64,000 bases of DNA from a virus: positions 1 through 64,000 of IMG/VR virus record IMGVR_UViG_3300036846_001209, one strand, 5' to 3'. Below are positions 1-9,144 of this stretch, one piece after another. Position 1 is the stretch's first letter, and the number at the start of each line of letters is the position of its first letter. A model generated the notes under the pieces. That model saw only the letters and a program-made list of their open reading frames with translations. It was not told the origin of the DNA and ran no database searches. The position numbers were made by a program, and so were the translations under genes.

Positions 1-73
1 TCTGTTCGTAGGTGGGTGAGGCGCCAAGGCCCGACACCTCTTCAAATCCGAACGGCGCATTGACGTTTGGCAC
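1..73 (-). CDS. 5' end of a putative head structural protein (capsid-associated), truncated by the window edge
   Basis: GTG start at 73 reads MPNVNAPFGFEEVSGLGASPTYEQ. It follows an AAGGGGGA RBS-like stretch and a promoter. The N-terminal 'N-APFGF' resembles genes that precede the major capsid gene in related podoviruses (recalled, unverified). Confidence 0.5.
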   Translation of the reverse strand, partial: MPNVNAPFGFEEVSGLGASPTYEQ

Positions 74-177
74 GGAAGACATCCCCCTTTTCAGGGTGGA
101 GTCGTTCCGAGCGCCGGGCCGGTGCGGACTCTAAGGTTGTCCTGCGTGGGCCTCCCCGGGGGCCCGATTGGGGCGGG

Positions 178-207
178 AAGCTACGTCTGGTGTTCCCAGG
201 GTGTCAA
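178..207 (-). promoter_or_regulatory. sigma70-like promoter for the downstream head genes
   Basis: Minus strand TTGACA-N18-TAGCTT, followed by a GC hairpin in the leader. Confidence 0.55.
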
Positions 208-213
208 TCGGCG

Positions 214-480
214 TCATCCCCAGTAGCCGACCTTGCTCATCAGGTCGTCGATCTCCGCGCCGGTCGCCGCGTCGAAGTAGGCCGCCTCGCCCTCCTGCTT
301 CAGCGGCGCCAGCCCGAGGCCGGGCCCGTCCTTCGGCGCGTTCTTCTTGGCCTCGGCATGCTGCGCCTTGAGGCCGCGGGAGATCACCGAGCGCAGGAAG
401 TCGGTGCGCGGCTGCGAGCCGCGCATGCGCTCGATCACCACGAACACCTTGTCGAAGACCTTGGCGCGGACCTCTCTCAC
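214..480 (-). CDS. hypothetical protein
   Basis: 88 aa, high GC3, coupled to the upstream ORF by a 4-nt overlap. Confidence 0.6.
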   Translation of the reverse strand: MREVRAKVFDKVFVVIERMRGSQPRTDFLRSVISRGLKAQHAEAKKNAPKDGPGLGLAPLKQEGEAAYFDAATGAEIDDLMSKVGYWG

Positions 481-869
481 GACTTGCCGATACGCTCGCG
501 CAGCGTCTGCGCCTGCAGATCGAGCGCCAGCTTCTGCTGCGGCGTCGGGTAGCCGGGCGGAACTTGGGTGCGCTTGTCCTCCATCGCCCGCTGGGCGGCC
601 TCGTTGAGCGCGCCGCCAAGGTCGTAGCGGCGCGTCAGCCGCTCGGTCTGCAGCCGCACCTCGGCGTCGTGGTAGCCGATGTTGGCGCGCACCTCGCGCG
701 GGATCGCCTTCAGTTCGACGCCGATCAACTTGGCGGCGCGTGGTCCGTCCCTGACCGGCGGCGGATCGAGATGCCTATCGTAAGGCTCGGCCAGCAGGCA
801 GCGCACCACGGCCCAGGTGTAGAGGAACGAGCCCCAGGTGAGCGCCGTGCGGATCAGCCAGCGGTTCAA
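477..869 (-). CDS. hypothetical protein with hydrophobic N-terminus
   Basis: 130 aa, overlaps its neighbours by 4 nt. Confidence 0.55.
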   Translation of the reverse strand: MNRWLIRTALTWGSFLYTWAVVRCLLAEPYDRHLDPPPVRDGPRAAKLIGVELKAIPREVRANIGYHDAEVRLQTERLTRRYDLGGALNEAAQRAMEDKRTQVPPGYPTPQQKLALDLQAQTLRERIGKS

Positions 870-985
870 CTGAGCCCCTCCAAGTCAGGGTCGTCAGGAT
901 CGTCGTGGTGGTTGGGCCAGCGCCACGCCGCCCAGATCAGGCCGAACACGAACGACAGGCCGATCCAGAGCGCGAACCACTTCAC
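866..985 (-). CDS. small membrane peptide (39 aa)
   Basis: Reads MKWFALWIGLSFVFGLIWAAWRWPNHHDDPDDPDLEGLS and fills the gap with 4-nt overlaps on both sides. Below the ORF-track cutoff. Confidence 0.5.
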   Translation of the reverse strand: MKWFALWIGLSFVFGLIWAAWRWPNHHDDPDDPDLEGLS

Positions 986-1254
986 GCGGTCAGACCCTTC
1001 ACCGCCCAGATCACTGCCTGCTCTAGGCTGGTGATCGCCAGCGCGTGGTAGCGCGCCGCGCCGACGGGGATGAAGTCGGCGGGGACGCTGCGGTCGATCA
1101 GCCGCTCCAGTTCCTCGGCCTTGGCCTTGATGGCGTCGTGCAGCCGCTTCTCCTCCTCGGTGAGCGCCCGATAGCGCGGCCGGAAGCGGCTGGTCGGCAT
1201 GGCCGGGTCGTCGCTCTGGCGGTCGTCCGGCGGGCCGTCGTAGACGTTGGTCAT
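982..1254 (-). CDS. Acb2/Tad1-like cyclic-nucleotide sponge (anti-CBASS/Thoeris) family protein
   Basis: 90-aa two-helix hairpin: YRALTEEEKRLHDAIKAKAEELERLI...RYHALAITSLEQAVIWAVK. RBS GAGGAG. Confidence 0.65.
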   Translation of the reverse strand: MTNVYDGPPDDRQSDDPAMPTSRFRPRYRALTEEEKRLHDAIKAKAEELERLIDRSVPADFIPVGAARYHALAITSLEQAVIWAVKGLTA

Positions 1255-1298
1255 CGGGCTCTCCTCTTTCCCGAATCCGGGTCCAGATTATGCAGATC

Positions 1299-2087
1299 CT
1301 ATGCGTCCGGCACCGAAATCATCGCCGGATCGACCGGGGTATAGCTGGTCCGCACCCGGGCGGTGGGGCGACCCGACTCGTCGACGCGCGGGAAGGTGCC
1401 TTCGGGTCCCTCGTTCAACTGGCGCTCCTTCAGCTTCACCGCGTCGCGGGCGCGCTTGTACATGATCTGCTTCACCCGCTTGGTGACCATCTCCGGGCGC
1501 TGCATCAGGACGAGGCCCTCGCGCATGATGCCGCCGCGGTGGCCCTTCGGCATCATCGCCGGGTGGCGGCTCGCCGGCACCTCCTCCCAGCCGGTGCGGG
1601 CCAGGCGCGAGTCGTAGTGCGGGTCCTCCTTGCCGTAGACCGTTTTCCTCTTCCACTCGTACGTCCACCCGTCCGGCACTTCGATGCCGTCGAGCGAGAG
1701 CTCGTCCGGCCCTTCGTCGAGCGCCCCCTCGAGGTGGCCCAGGATCTCGGCGGCGCGCGCCTCGGCCTGCTCGCGAGACGACATCTCGTGCGGCGCCGCG
1801 GCGGCGCGCATCTCGGGCCGGGGCTCGCCGCGCGGATCGGGGCGCACCATGCGCGGCTGCGGTTGAGCTTTTGTTTCACGTGAAACACTGGCCGGACCGG
1901 CGTCGGGCGGCAGATCGTCGAGCAGCGCGTCGGCCTGGCCCACCGTCTCAAGCTTCGGTTCGATGGGCGCGTCGGCGCTCATCACCTGCCTCAGTTCGGC
2001 GTTGAGATCGGGCTCGGGGCGCGCCCGCGGCTTGCGGGCTGGGGGCTTGCGGCGGGGCGGGCGGGTTCCGCGCGGGGTGGTCGCCAT
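1299..2087 (-). CDS. conserved head-module protein
   Basis: 262 aa with PDGWTYEWKR...GWEEV...GLVLMQRP core; lies directly after the scaffold gene. Confidence 0.6.
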   Translation of the reverse strand: MATTPRGTRPPRRKPPARKPRARPEPDLNAELRQVMSADAPIEPKLETVGQADALLDDLPPDAGPASVSRETKAQPQPRMVRPDPRGEPRPEMRAAAAPHEMSSREQAEARAAEILGHLEGALDEGPDELSLDGIEVPDGWTYEWKRKTVYGKEDPHYDSRLARTGWEEVPASRHPAMMPKGHRGGIMREGLVLMQRPEMVTKRVKQIMYKRARDAVKLKERQLNEGPEGTFPRVDESGRPTARVRTSYTPVDPAMISVPDA

Positions 2088-2088
2088 C

Positions 2089-3087
2089 TCAGTTCATCCT
2101 GCCTTCGCGCGTGAGGATCAGCTTGTTGCGCGCGTAGGCCTGCTCGGACTTGCGCCCGGAGGGGTCGGCGGCGAGCTCGTCGGGGAAGAGCTCGCGGGCC
2201 ATCTCGCGCTCCTCGCGGGTCAGCGTCACCCGCGTCGGGTTGCCAGCGCCGCCGTTGGCGCGGCTGACCGGCGCCGCCGGCGGCGGGGCCTTGGGACGGG
2301 TGTCTGGCACGGGGGTCCTCTCCTCAACAAAGCTCGGCCTGGGCGCGGTCGGAGCATCGCCTCCCAGGCCGAGAGTACGCTCCACGTGAGCGATATACTG
2401 CGGGCTGTCCGCCTCGATGCCTTTGCCGATGGCGTCGTAGTGGGCGCTCATCAGACTGGCGTTCTTGCGCGGGTCGGTGATGTAGGTCGGGTGCTGGCGG
2501 ATCCAGTTCGCGGCGTTGGGGGTCAGCTGCCTGGCGACGTTCTCGACCTGGTCGAACTGCTGCGGCGGCGGCGGCGGCTGCCGCGGCATCGTCTTCAACT
2601 GCTCGAGGCCCGCCTCGATCTGGGACTCGCGCTGGGCGGCGCGGCTGATCTCGACTTGGATGTCGGCGACCGCGGCGAAGTCCTGCACCGCGTAGGCCTC
2701 GGCGAGGTTGGCCTTCAGGACGCCGATGCCCTGCTTCAGCCCGCCGAGCGCCGTCTCGAGGAACTGCACGTTGGCGTCCTGGGTCTGACCCGTGGCGTCG
2801 AGGCGGGCCTGCTCGGCGGCCTGGGCGCGGTCGTTGGCCTGCCGGGTGGCGGCTTCGGACGCCTGCAAGCGCGCGCGTAGCGCTTCGATGCCCTCATCGG
2901 CCGGGATTTCGCGCGGTCGTTCCGGCGCAGGCGCCGCCGCTGCCGGTTCAGGCGCACCATCCTCGGCGTGCTCGATCTCGATCTCGTCGTCGGGCGGCGG
3001 GGGTGGGTGATCGCGGGTGCGGTCCGGCAGCGGCTCGCGCTCGAGCTCCTCAAGCGCGACGTCGATGGAATCGTCGGGACCAGCCAT
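2089..3087 (-). CDS. capsid scaffolding protein (putative)
   Basis: Acidic N-terminus, coiled-coil middle and C-terminal VTLTREEREMA...YARNK; typical position between portal and capsid. Confidence 0.6.
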   Translation of the reverse strand: MAGPDDSIDVALEELEREPLPDRTRDHPPPPPDDEIEIEHAEDGAPEPAAAAPAPERPREIPADEGIEALRARLQASEAATRQANDRAQAAEQARLDATGQTQDANVQFLETALGGLKQGIGVLKANLAEAYAVQDFAAVADIQVEISRAAQRESQIEAGLEQLKTMPRQPPPPPQQFDQVENVARQLTPNAANWIRQHPTYITDPRKNASLMSAHYDAIGKGIEADSPQYIAHVERTLGLGGDAPTAPRPSFVEERTPVPDTRPKAPPPAAPVSRANGGAGNPTRVTLTREEREMARELFPDELAADPSGRKSEQAYARNKLILTREGRMN

Positions 3088-3090
3088 CGA

Positions 3091-3306
3091 TCACTCTCCG
3101 AAACGGATTTCCCCGCCCGGCCCGAGGCTTATGGGCCGGAAAAGCTCGAAATCAGTGCGTCGGTTCATCACCGCGGTGATCGCGCCGGCCAGGATGGTGA
3201 TCTTCATGTCGTCGGAGAGCACGATCTTCAGGCCAGCGCGGTCGCGCGCGTCGATCAGCGTGATCAGCACGCTCTCGACGAACCGCGCGAGGTCTTCTTC
3301 GGGCAT
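3091..3306 (-). CDS. hypothetical protein
   Basis: MPEEDLARFVESVL...; ATG overlaps the GroES-like stop codon. Confidence 0.55.
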   Translation of the reverse strand: MPEEDLARFVESVLITLIDARDRAGLKIVLSDDMKITILAGAITAVMNRRTDFELFRPISLGPGGEIRFGE

Positions 3307-3695
3307 CACCACACGCGATCCGGCTGCTGCACCCGCCCCTTCACATCGATGTCGTCGATGAGACGGCACGACTGGCCGTTGATGGTGCAGGCGATGGTGT
3401 CGCTGACCCGGTAGAACACCCAGTCGCCCTCGCCCATGTCCTCGGGCCAGGTCCACTTGGTGTCGCTTTCGAAGGCGCGCGGGCCGCACTTCAGGATCAG
3501 GCCCAGTTTTCCCTGGTAGCGGTCCTCTTCGATGTTCGATGGGGGCCGGATGATGCCGCCCCTGGTCTTCTCCGGGGCGATGTAGACCGCGCAGAGCACC
3601 TGATTGTGGAACACCTCGACGTCGGTGACGTCGCCGACCGCTTCGATCAGCTTGGCTTTTGGATCGACGTCATGCGCAAAGGCGGTTGCGGGCAT
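3306..3695 (-). CDS. GroES-like co-chaperonin
   Basis: EKTRGGIIRP mobile-loop motif, G-L-I-L-K-C-G-P, GDWVFY and RLIDDIDVKG. Confidence 0.75.
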   Translation of the reverse strand: MPATAFAHDVDPKAKLIEAVGDVTDVEVFHNQVLCAVYIAPEKTRGGIIRPPSNIEEDRYQGKLGLILKCGPRAFESDTKWTWPEDMGEGDWVFYRVSDTIACTINGQSCRLIDDIDVKGRVQQPDRVW

Positions 3696-3700
3696 CGCGC

Positions 3701-3895
3701 TTACCTCTCGTCCAACTTGCGCGTCACGTCTGCGCACCACTCGTCGATCTGATCAAGTGCGCGGATGAAGCCGACCGTCTGGCGGTAGGCGGCGTAGTCC
3801 TCGGGTCCGCCCTTCGCGAGATCCTCGACGGCACTCTCGCGCTCCTCGGCGATGCGCTGCTTGAGGACCGCTTCGAACTGGGCCGCCATCGCCAT
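3701..3895 (-). CDS. hypothetical protein (conserved before GroES in podoviruses)
   Basis: 64 aa with DYAAYRQTVGFIRALD motif. Confidence 0.6.
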   Translation of the reverse strand: MAMAAQFEAVLKQRIAEERESAVEDLAKGGPEDYAAYRQTVGFIRALDQIDEWCADVTRKLDER

Positions 3896-4077
3896 CAGCC
3901 GAAGCCTTGCTGCCCGTACTCGACGGCGCGCGCGTCCTCGTAGGCCATGATCAGCGCCGCGACGAGCGGCCGGTACATCGTGGTCGGCAGCGTGATGCGA
4001 GCATCGCCGCGGCGGATGAAGATCAGCGGCCCGTCGTTGCCGACCTCGTAGAGTCCATCGTCATCAAGATCCGCCAT
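3895..4077 (-). CDS. hypothetical protein
   Basis: 60 aa, coupled start/stop. Confidence 0.5.
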   Translation of the reverse strand: MADLDDDGLYEVGNDGPLIFIRRGDARITLPTTMYRPLVAALIMAYEDARAVEYGQQGFG

Positions 4078-4088
4078 CCGGCGCGCCT

Positions 4089-5510
4089 TTACGGTTCGTG
4101 CGCCACGCCGCCCGAGACTGCATGGGTCTTCTGCAGCCGCCCGAGGCCGGATCCGCCGCCCGCGCGCGGCTGGCTACCGACCTTCGGCGCGCGCCCGCCG
4201 CGCTTGCGCGGTGGCGGCATCGGCGGTGCACCTGGGGCGCCGCCACCCATCGGGACCGGGATCGGCATCGGCATCGGCGGCGCCGCGCCGGCGGGGGGTC
4301 CACCCGGCATCGGCATCGGCACGCCGGGCGGGCGGATCGGGCCAGCGCCAGGCGGACCCATCCCAGGCGGCGGGGCTGCGGGCTGCGGATTGGCGCCGCC
4401 GGGGGCGATGACGATGTTGATCTTCGTCCCGGCCTTGCCGCCCTTGGCGCGCGCCGTGCGGCCGCCCTCGGCGCGCTTCTTGGCGTCGAACTCCTTCAAG
4501 AGGCCGCCCTTGGCCTTCCTGGCCGTGCAGCGCGGGCAGCCGCAGTCCGGTCCGTGGCCGCCCTTCTTGGCCTCCGTCCTCACCTCGTCGCGGATCGAGC
4601 CGCCGTCCGCCTTGCCCTCGCGCATCGCCTCGTGCTCGGCGTGGTGCGCGGCCAGCACCTTCTTCTCGACCTTGCCGCCGTCGGCGCGGGCCACGCGGCC
4701 ACCGGGCGCGCGTCCGTAGCGGGCGCGGGCCACCGCCCGGCCGCCGGTGCTGATGCCCAGCCTCGAGCCCATCGACTGCTGCGGCCCGAAGTTGAAGCCG
4801 AGGCGGCCCTGACCGCCCATGCCCGCGGCGAGCGGCGTCGCCAGCGGCCCGCCGCCCTGCTTGGCGACGCGGCCACCGCTGGCGCGGCCCAGCCGACCGT
4901 CTTCCGAGGCTGGACGGTCGCCCGTCTCCACCGCCGAGGAGCCGGTCTTGGTCTTCAGGCCCCGCGTCGCGGAGGATCCGCCCTCGCGGGGCAGATAGCC
5001 GCCCTCGGCGCGTCCGGTGCGGCCGCCGCGCGCCTTGCCGGCCGCCGCCGCGGTCGGACCGAGCGCGTCATCATCCTTGTCTTTGTCGCCGCCGCTCATC
5101 GCATCGATCGCCATCGGCAGCAGGCCGCCGAACATGCCGAGGCCGCCGCCCGCCTTGTGGGTGCGGCCGCCGCGGCGCATGCCGCCGTTCGGGTAGTGGC
5201 CCTCGCGCTCGGCGTCGGCCGCCTTCGAGTCGCGGTTGACGTAGCTGGCGCCGACGTTGCCGCCGCCCTTGCGCGGGCTGCGGCCGGGATTGCCGCCAGC
5301 GTGCATGCCCATCACCTTGCCGCCTGACTTGCGGGCCTGGCGGCTCACCGGGCGCATGCCGGTCTTCACCCCGGCGTAGAGCTTCTCGGCCGGCGTGAAG
5401 TCGGAGGCGTCGACGTTCACCGCGTCCTCGCCGCCGCCCAGGCGCTCGGCCTTGGAGCGCATCGCCTCGCGATAGGATTGGGCATCTGCTGCGGAAGCGC
5501 CGTCAGCCAT
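4089..5510 (-). CDS. basic low-complexity protein with many [R/K]-x-x-G-G motifs; putative internal virion protein
   Basis: 473 aa with RKSGG, KARGG, RAEGG, RASGG, RAPGG, RADGG, KADGG, KAKGG, RAKGG and RKRGG, plus a Pro-rich tail. Confidence 0.65.
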   Translation of the reverse strand: MADGASAADAQSYREAMRSKAERLGGGEDAVNVDASDFTPAEKLYAGVKTGMRPVSRQARKSGGKVMGMHAGGNPGRSPRKGGGNVGASYVNRDSKAADAEREGHYPNGGMRRGGRTHKAGGGLGMFGGLLPMAIDAMSGGDKDKDDDALGPTAAAAGKARGGRTGRAEGGYLPREGGSSATRGLKTKTGSSAVETGDRPASEDGRLGRASGGRVAKQGGGPLATPLAAGMGGQGRLGFNFGPQQSMGSRLGISTGGRAVARARYGRAPGGRVARADGGKVEKKVLAAHHAEHEAMREGKADGGSIRDEVRTEAKKGGHGPDCGCPRCTARKAKGGLLKEFDAKKRAEGGRTARAKGGKAGTKINIVIAPGGANPQPAAPPPGMGPPGAGPIRPPGVPMPMPGGPPAGAAPPMPMPIPVPMGGGAPGAPPMPPPRKRGGRAPKVGSQPRAGGGSGLGRLQKTHAVSGGVAHEP

Positions 5511-5817
5511 CGGTGTTCTCCTTGGGCCAACCGGGATGATTGATCGAAGTCAGCGGCGCCCCGTCGCCGGGGTCGGCGGCGCCGACGTTGCCAGCGTAGC
5601 CGAGGCCCGGTCGCAGGGCCTTGTCGGCGTAGGGGTCGGGCGGTTGTAGCAGGCGTTCGAACCCCAACTGCGCCTCGGTGGTGAGTTGGTGCGCGCGCTC
5701 CAGCACCGCCAGCGGCGGCACCTGCCCGCCCGGGGTCTGCGCCTCGACAAAGAGCCCCAGCGCCGTCTTCAGGTTGGAGAGGGCGCTCTTCAGGAGGTCT
5801 GCACGGACGTCGGTCAT
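5503..5817 (-). CDS. hypothetical protein
   Basis: MTDVRADLLKSAL...; ATGA overlap with the upstream gene. Confidence 0.5.
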   Translation of the reverse strand: MTDVRADLLKSALSNLKTALGLFVEAQTPGGQVPPLAVLERAHQLTTEAQLGFERLLQPPDPYADKALRPGLGYAGNVGAADPGDGAPLTSINHPGWPKENTDG

Positions 5818-6152
5818 CGGTTGTGCCTGTTGTAGACGCGGTTGTAGGCGGTGGGATCGGTGACGGCGCCGTACCGCACCTCCTCGATCAGCCGGGTGAT
5901 GGCGACGCTGGTCGAGCCGCCGCGTCGCGCGTCGAGCGGCGTGTCGGTCGCATCCACCCGGTGGTTGGCGACGATCGGCAGCGGGTCGGGGTTCAGCCAC
6001 TCGCGCAGCGTCTCCACCGCTGCCGTCAGGTGCTCCTCGGCGCGCTGCAGATCATGCACCGACGGCTGGCCGAAGGTGGGGGTGATCAGGATGCGCGCCC
6101 TCGCGAGCCGGGACTGCAGCAGGTGGATGGCTTGGTCGTCCATGTCAGCCAT
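5814..6152 (-). CDS. hypothetical protein
   Basis: 112 aa, immediately after the portal stop. Confidence 0.55.
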   Translation of the reverse strand: MADMDDQAIHLLQSRLARARILITPTFGQPSVHDLQRAEEHLTAAVETLREWLNPDPLPIVANHRVDATDTPLDARRGGSTSVAITRLIEEVRYGAVTDPTAYNRVYNRHNR

Positions 6153-8576
6153 CTAGTCCGAATCCCCGCTCTTGTCGTTCTCGGCCGCCCTGGCCTGGAT
6201 CTCCGCTTGGCGGACGTCGGCGGCGCGGTCGAGCGCGTTCTCGCGCGCCTCGTGCTGGTGGCCGACCGCGGTGTCGGCGGCGGCGGCGTGGTGGCCGAGG
6301 ATCGCCTTCATCAGGTCGACGCGGTCGGAGTTGGCCTCGGAGGCGCGGTCCTGCTCGCGGTCGCGGCTCTGGAGCGCGGCCTCGTGGGCCTTGGCGACCA
6401 GCGCCTGGCGGCGCGTCTCGGCGTCCATGCGGCGGGTCTGGGTGTCCTCCAGCTTGGCGCGCGTCTCCATCGCGTCGAGGTGGGTTGGGCCCCCCTGGCC
6501 GGCCTTGGCGAAGCCGCCCTGCTGGATCTTCGCCTGGAGCTCGGCCGACTTGGCCTGCGCGGTGTGCATGCGGGCCTGCGCCTCGGTGGTCTTGGCGTCG
6601 GCGGTCTGCTGCTGGGCCTTCATCTTGGCCTGCATCTCGAGCATCTCGGGCGGCGGCTGGCCCATCGCGCTCGGCGGCACGAAGAACTGGCTGGGGTCGT
6701 TGATGCCCATCGTCTTCAAGACGTACGTGTCGACGGCGATCGGGTCGTAGAGGCTCTGGCTCTGCCCCTGCAACTGCTTGATCCCCATCGCCTTCATGGC
6801 GCGGTGCAGGTGCGAGGCGGTGTTCGGGTCGGCCTGCGGGACGAAGTCGCAGGTGGAGATCGCGGCCAGGAAGGTCTGCTCGTCCCACGGGTTGCCCGAC
6901 GGCAGTTCGCCGTTCAGGAAATCCTCCGGGTGCTCGCGGAAGCAGTCCACCAGCAGCTTGAACTCCTCCGCCTGGCTCGAGTGCAGTCGTTTGTGGACGG
7001 ACGATTCGATCTTCGTCGCCTGCTCGATCAAAGCGAGCGTGGTGCCGACCGGCGCGTCCTGCTTGCCCTCGCCGACTTGGATCTCCGCGGTGCCGCCGAT
7101 CCGCGCCCCGGTGGTCGCCATCGAATCGACCAGTTGCATCAGCGGCGGCATCTGCGCCGTGTTGTAGGGCAGCGGCATCACCGCCTGGGAGATCGGCTTG
7201 CCAAGAGTATCGATAGGTTGCCCACCACCGGGCGGCACCCGCACGATGCTCGTTGTTTGCCGCGTCGAAGACTTGGCGATGAGGAACCCCGGGAAGTTCG
7301 AAAACATCCCGTTGTCCAGCATCTCGCGCCAAGCAGCGGTGATGGCGTTGCTGGTGTTACCGAGGATGTGGCCGAGGCCAAGATCATAGAACCCCAGGCC
7401 AGGGACGTAGGTGTACTTGACGAAGACCTTGCGCGCCTTGGGGAGCTCGTTGTCGTCCTTCGGCTTGTCGAAGTTCCGCACAAGGGAGAGCACCTGGCGC
7501 GAGGTGACGTCGAGGGTCACCCGGTAGGGGATCTCCAGCCCGCTGGCCTTGCCCTTCCACTGGTGCTCGTAGCCGGGGATGTCGAGGTCGACATAGCACT
7601 CGTAGAGGTCGCGATCGCGGTCCTCGGGGTTCTGGACGTCCTCGGCCATGCCCTGCTGGTGCTTGGCCTCGCGCTCGGCGGCGTTGAGATCGGTGGGGAC
7701 CGGCGTCTCGAGGTCGATGTCGCGGTAGGCGCCGATGATCTGCATGCGCCTGACCGTCGAAGGCGACATGCGGATGTGATGCGTCACGCGCCGGGCGTTC
7801 GCCAGGTCGGTGGCGTCGTTGGAGACGATCAGGTCGACCGCGGTCACCGTCTCGCTGACCGGGCGCATGCGCAGCGGGCAGCGGTAGACCTTCTTGAAGC
7901 TGGTGCCCTCCAGGCCCAGGCGGAAGAACATGCGGTCGGTGTCGGGGTAGTACTCGGTGGCGTGCGCCGTCAGGTAGTGGTTCATGTCGAGCTCGAGCGC
8001 GTCGGCGCTCAGGTTCGTCTCGGCGCCGCCCGACGAGTCGTTGCGGATCTTCATCGGCCCGTCGGTGGGCAGGAGCTCGGCGCGGGCGTTGGCCTGGAAG
8101 CGCAGCACGCTCTCCAGCAGCAGCGGGTGGCGGACCTTCGACATGCCCTCGACCGGGGCGCCGTCGACGGTGGCCTGCAGCCCCGGGATCTCGATGGTGA
8201 CGCCCAGCAGCTTGATGAAGGTGGCGACGGTGTCGATCCACTCCTTGCGGCTTTGGATGTCGTCGTCGATGCCGCGCATGATCGTCTCGGTGAGGGTGCC
8301 GAGTTCGCGCTCGCCGATCTCGTCGGCCAGGTTGTCGAACCACTCCTGCTGGCGGTTGTGGCCGATGCCGTAGAGCGGCTTGTCGTTCATCGAGATGGTG
8401 ACGGAGCCGTCACCGTGCTCGATGGAGAGCACCTCGCCGTCGGTGTTGACCTCGGGGCTGTCGGCGTCCTCGTTGGGATCGACGTCGACGATGATGTCGT
8501 CGCCGACCGGGTCGGCGTCTGGCATCACCAGCCGCAGGTTGGCCCGGCCGAAGCCGCGGAGCGGACCGCGCGCCAT
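6153..8576 (-). CDS. portal protein (P22-like podovirus type)
   Basis: 807 aa; SRKEW, HPLLLESVLRFQA, GTSFKKVY, PGLGFYDLG and APVGTTLALIEQ motifs; coiled-coil C-terminus; follows terL. Confidence 0.85.
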   Translation of the reverse strand: MARGPLRGFGRANLRLVMPDADPVGDDIIVDVDPNEDADSPEVNTDGEVLSIEHGDGSVTISMNDKPLYGIGHNRQQEWFDNLADEIGERELGTLTETIMRGIDDDIQSRKEWIDTVATFIKLLGVTIEIPGLQATVDGAPVEGMSKVRHPLLLESVLRFQANARAELLPTDGPMKIRNDSSGGAETNLSADALELDMNHYLTAHATEYYPDTDRMFFRLGLEGTSFKKVYRCPLRMRPVSETVTAVDLIVSNDATDLANARRVTHHIRMSPSTVRRMQIIGAYRDIDLETPVPTDLNAAEREAKHQQGMAEDVQNPEDRDRDLYECYVDLDIPGYEHQWKGKASGLEIPYRVTLDVTSRQVLSLVRNFDKPKDDNELPKARKVFVKYTYVPGLGFYDLGLGHILGNTSNAITAAWREMLDNGMFSNFPGFLIAKSSTRQTTSIVRVPPGGGQPIDTLGKPISQAVMPLPYNTAQMPPLMQLVDSMATTGARIGGTAEIQVGEGKQDAPVGTTLALIEQATKIESSVHKRLHSSQAEEFKLLVDCFREHPEDFLNGELPSGNPWDEQTFLAAISTCDFVPQADPNTASHLHRAMKAMGIKQLQGQSQSLYDPIAVDTYVLKTMGINDPSQFFVPPSAMGQPPPEMLEMQAKMKAQQQTADAKTTEAQARMHTAQAKSAELQAKIQQGGFAKAGQGGPTHLDAMETRAKLEDTQTRRMDAETRRQALVAKAHEAALQSRDREQDRASEANSDRVDLMKAILGHHAAAADTAVGHQHEARENALDRAADVRQAEIQARAAENDKSGDSD

Positions 8577-8577
8577 C

Positions 8578-8847
8578 TCAGGCCTCCCAGACCGCGATGA
8601 TCTTGTCGCCAGCGCCCATGTCTTCGGCGCGCGGCGGCCCGTAGGTCACGTAGCGGATCAGGCCGTCGGGGCCGTAGCGCCAGCGCTGGTGGACGCCGTC
8701 GACCTCGGCGTCGATCACCTCGCCATGCCGCACCGCGCTCGCTGGCGGCTCGGGGACCTCCTCGCGGGTGAGGATGCGCCCGCCGTCCGCCTTGCAGAAG
8801 TCGGTGAGGGTGATCTCGACGATCGGGACGCTCTTCAGGCGCGCCAT
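8578..8847 (-). CDS. hypothetical protein
   Basis: MARLKSVPIVEI..., high GC3. Confidence 0.55.
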   Translation of the reverse strand: MARLKSVPIVEITLTDFCKADGGRILTREEVPEPPASAVRHGEVIDAEVDGVHQRWRYGPDGLIRYVTYGPPRAEDMGAGDKIIAVWEA

Positions 8848-8848
8848 C

Positions 8849-9070
8849 TCAGTTCGGCCTTTCGAACTCGGCCTCGTAGAGGTCGAGGCCGCGCTGGGCG
8901 GCGGCATCGTCGATGTTGGCGGCGATCTCGTAGCGGCGCCGGGGTAGCTGCTTGCCGCCCCTCACCTCGCCCCAGACCGTCACCACGAACGGCGTCATGC
9001 CCACCGGGCAGTCGAACTTGCCGACATCGACGATCGCCTGCGCCAGGACCTGGGGCTGCTCCATCTGCAT
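8849..9070 (-). CDS. hypothetical protein
   Basis: 73 aa, GGAGGG RBS. Confidence 0.55.
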   Translation of the reverse strand: MQMEQPQVLAQAIVDVGKFDCPVGMTPFVVTVWGEVRGGKQLPRRRYEIAANIDDAAAQRGLDLYEAEFERPN

Positions 9071-9144
9071 GGCGCCCTCCGGGGGTTGCCGAAGCCCCCC
9101 ATCCTTGCGGTGTCCTTAACGGTGAGCCGGGGGGGCGCAGCGCG

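Noticed and set aside
5823-8600. 925-aa plus-strand ORF and similar long antisense ORFs (9493-11304, 24196-25491, 32049-33329, 58080-59999)
   Set aside because: These are antisense shadows of high-GC3 genes such as portal, terminase and nozzle, with no motifs of their own.
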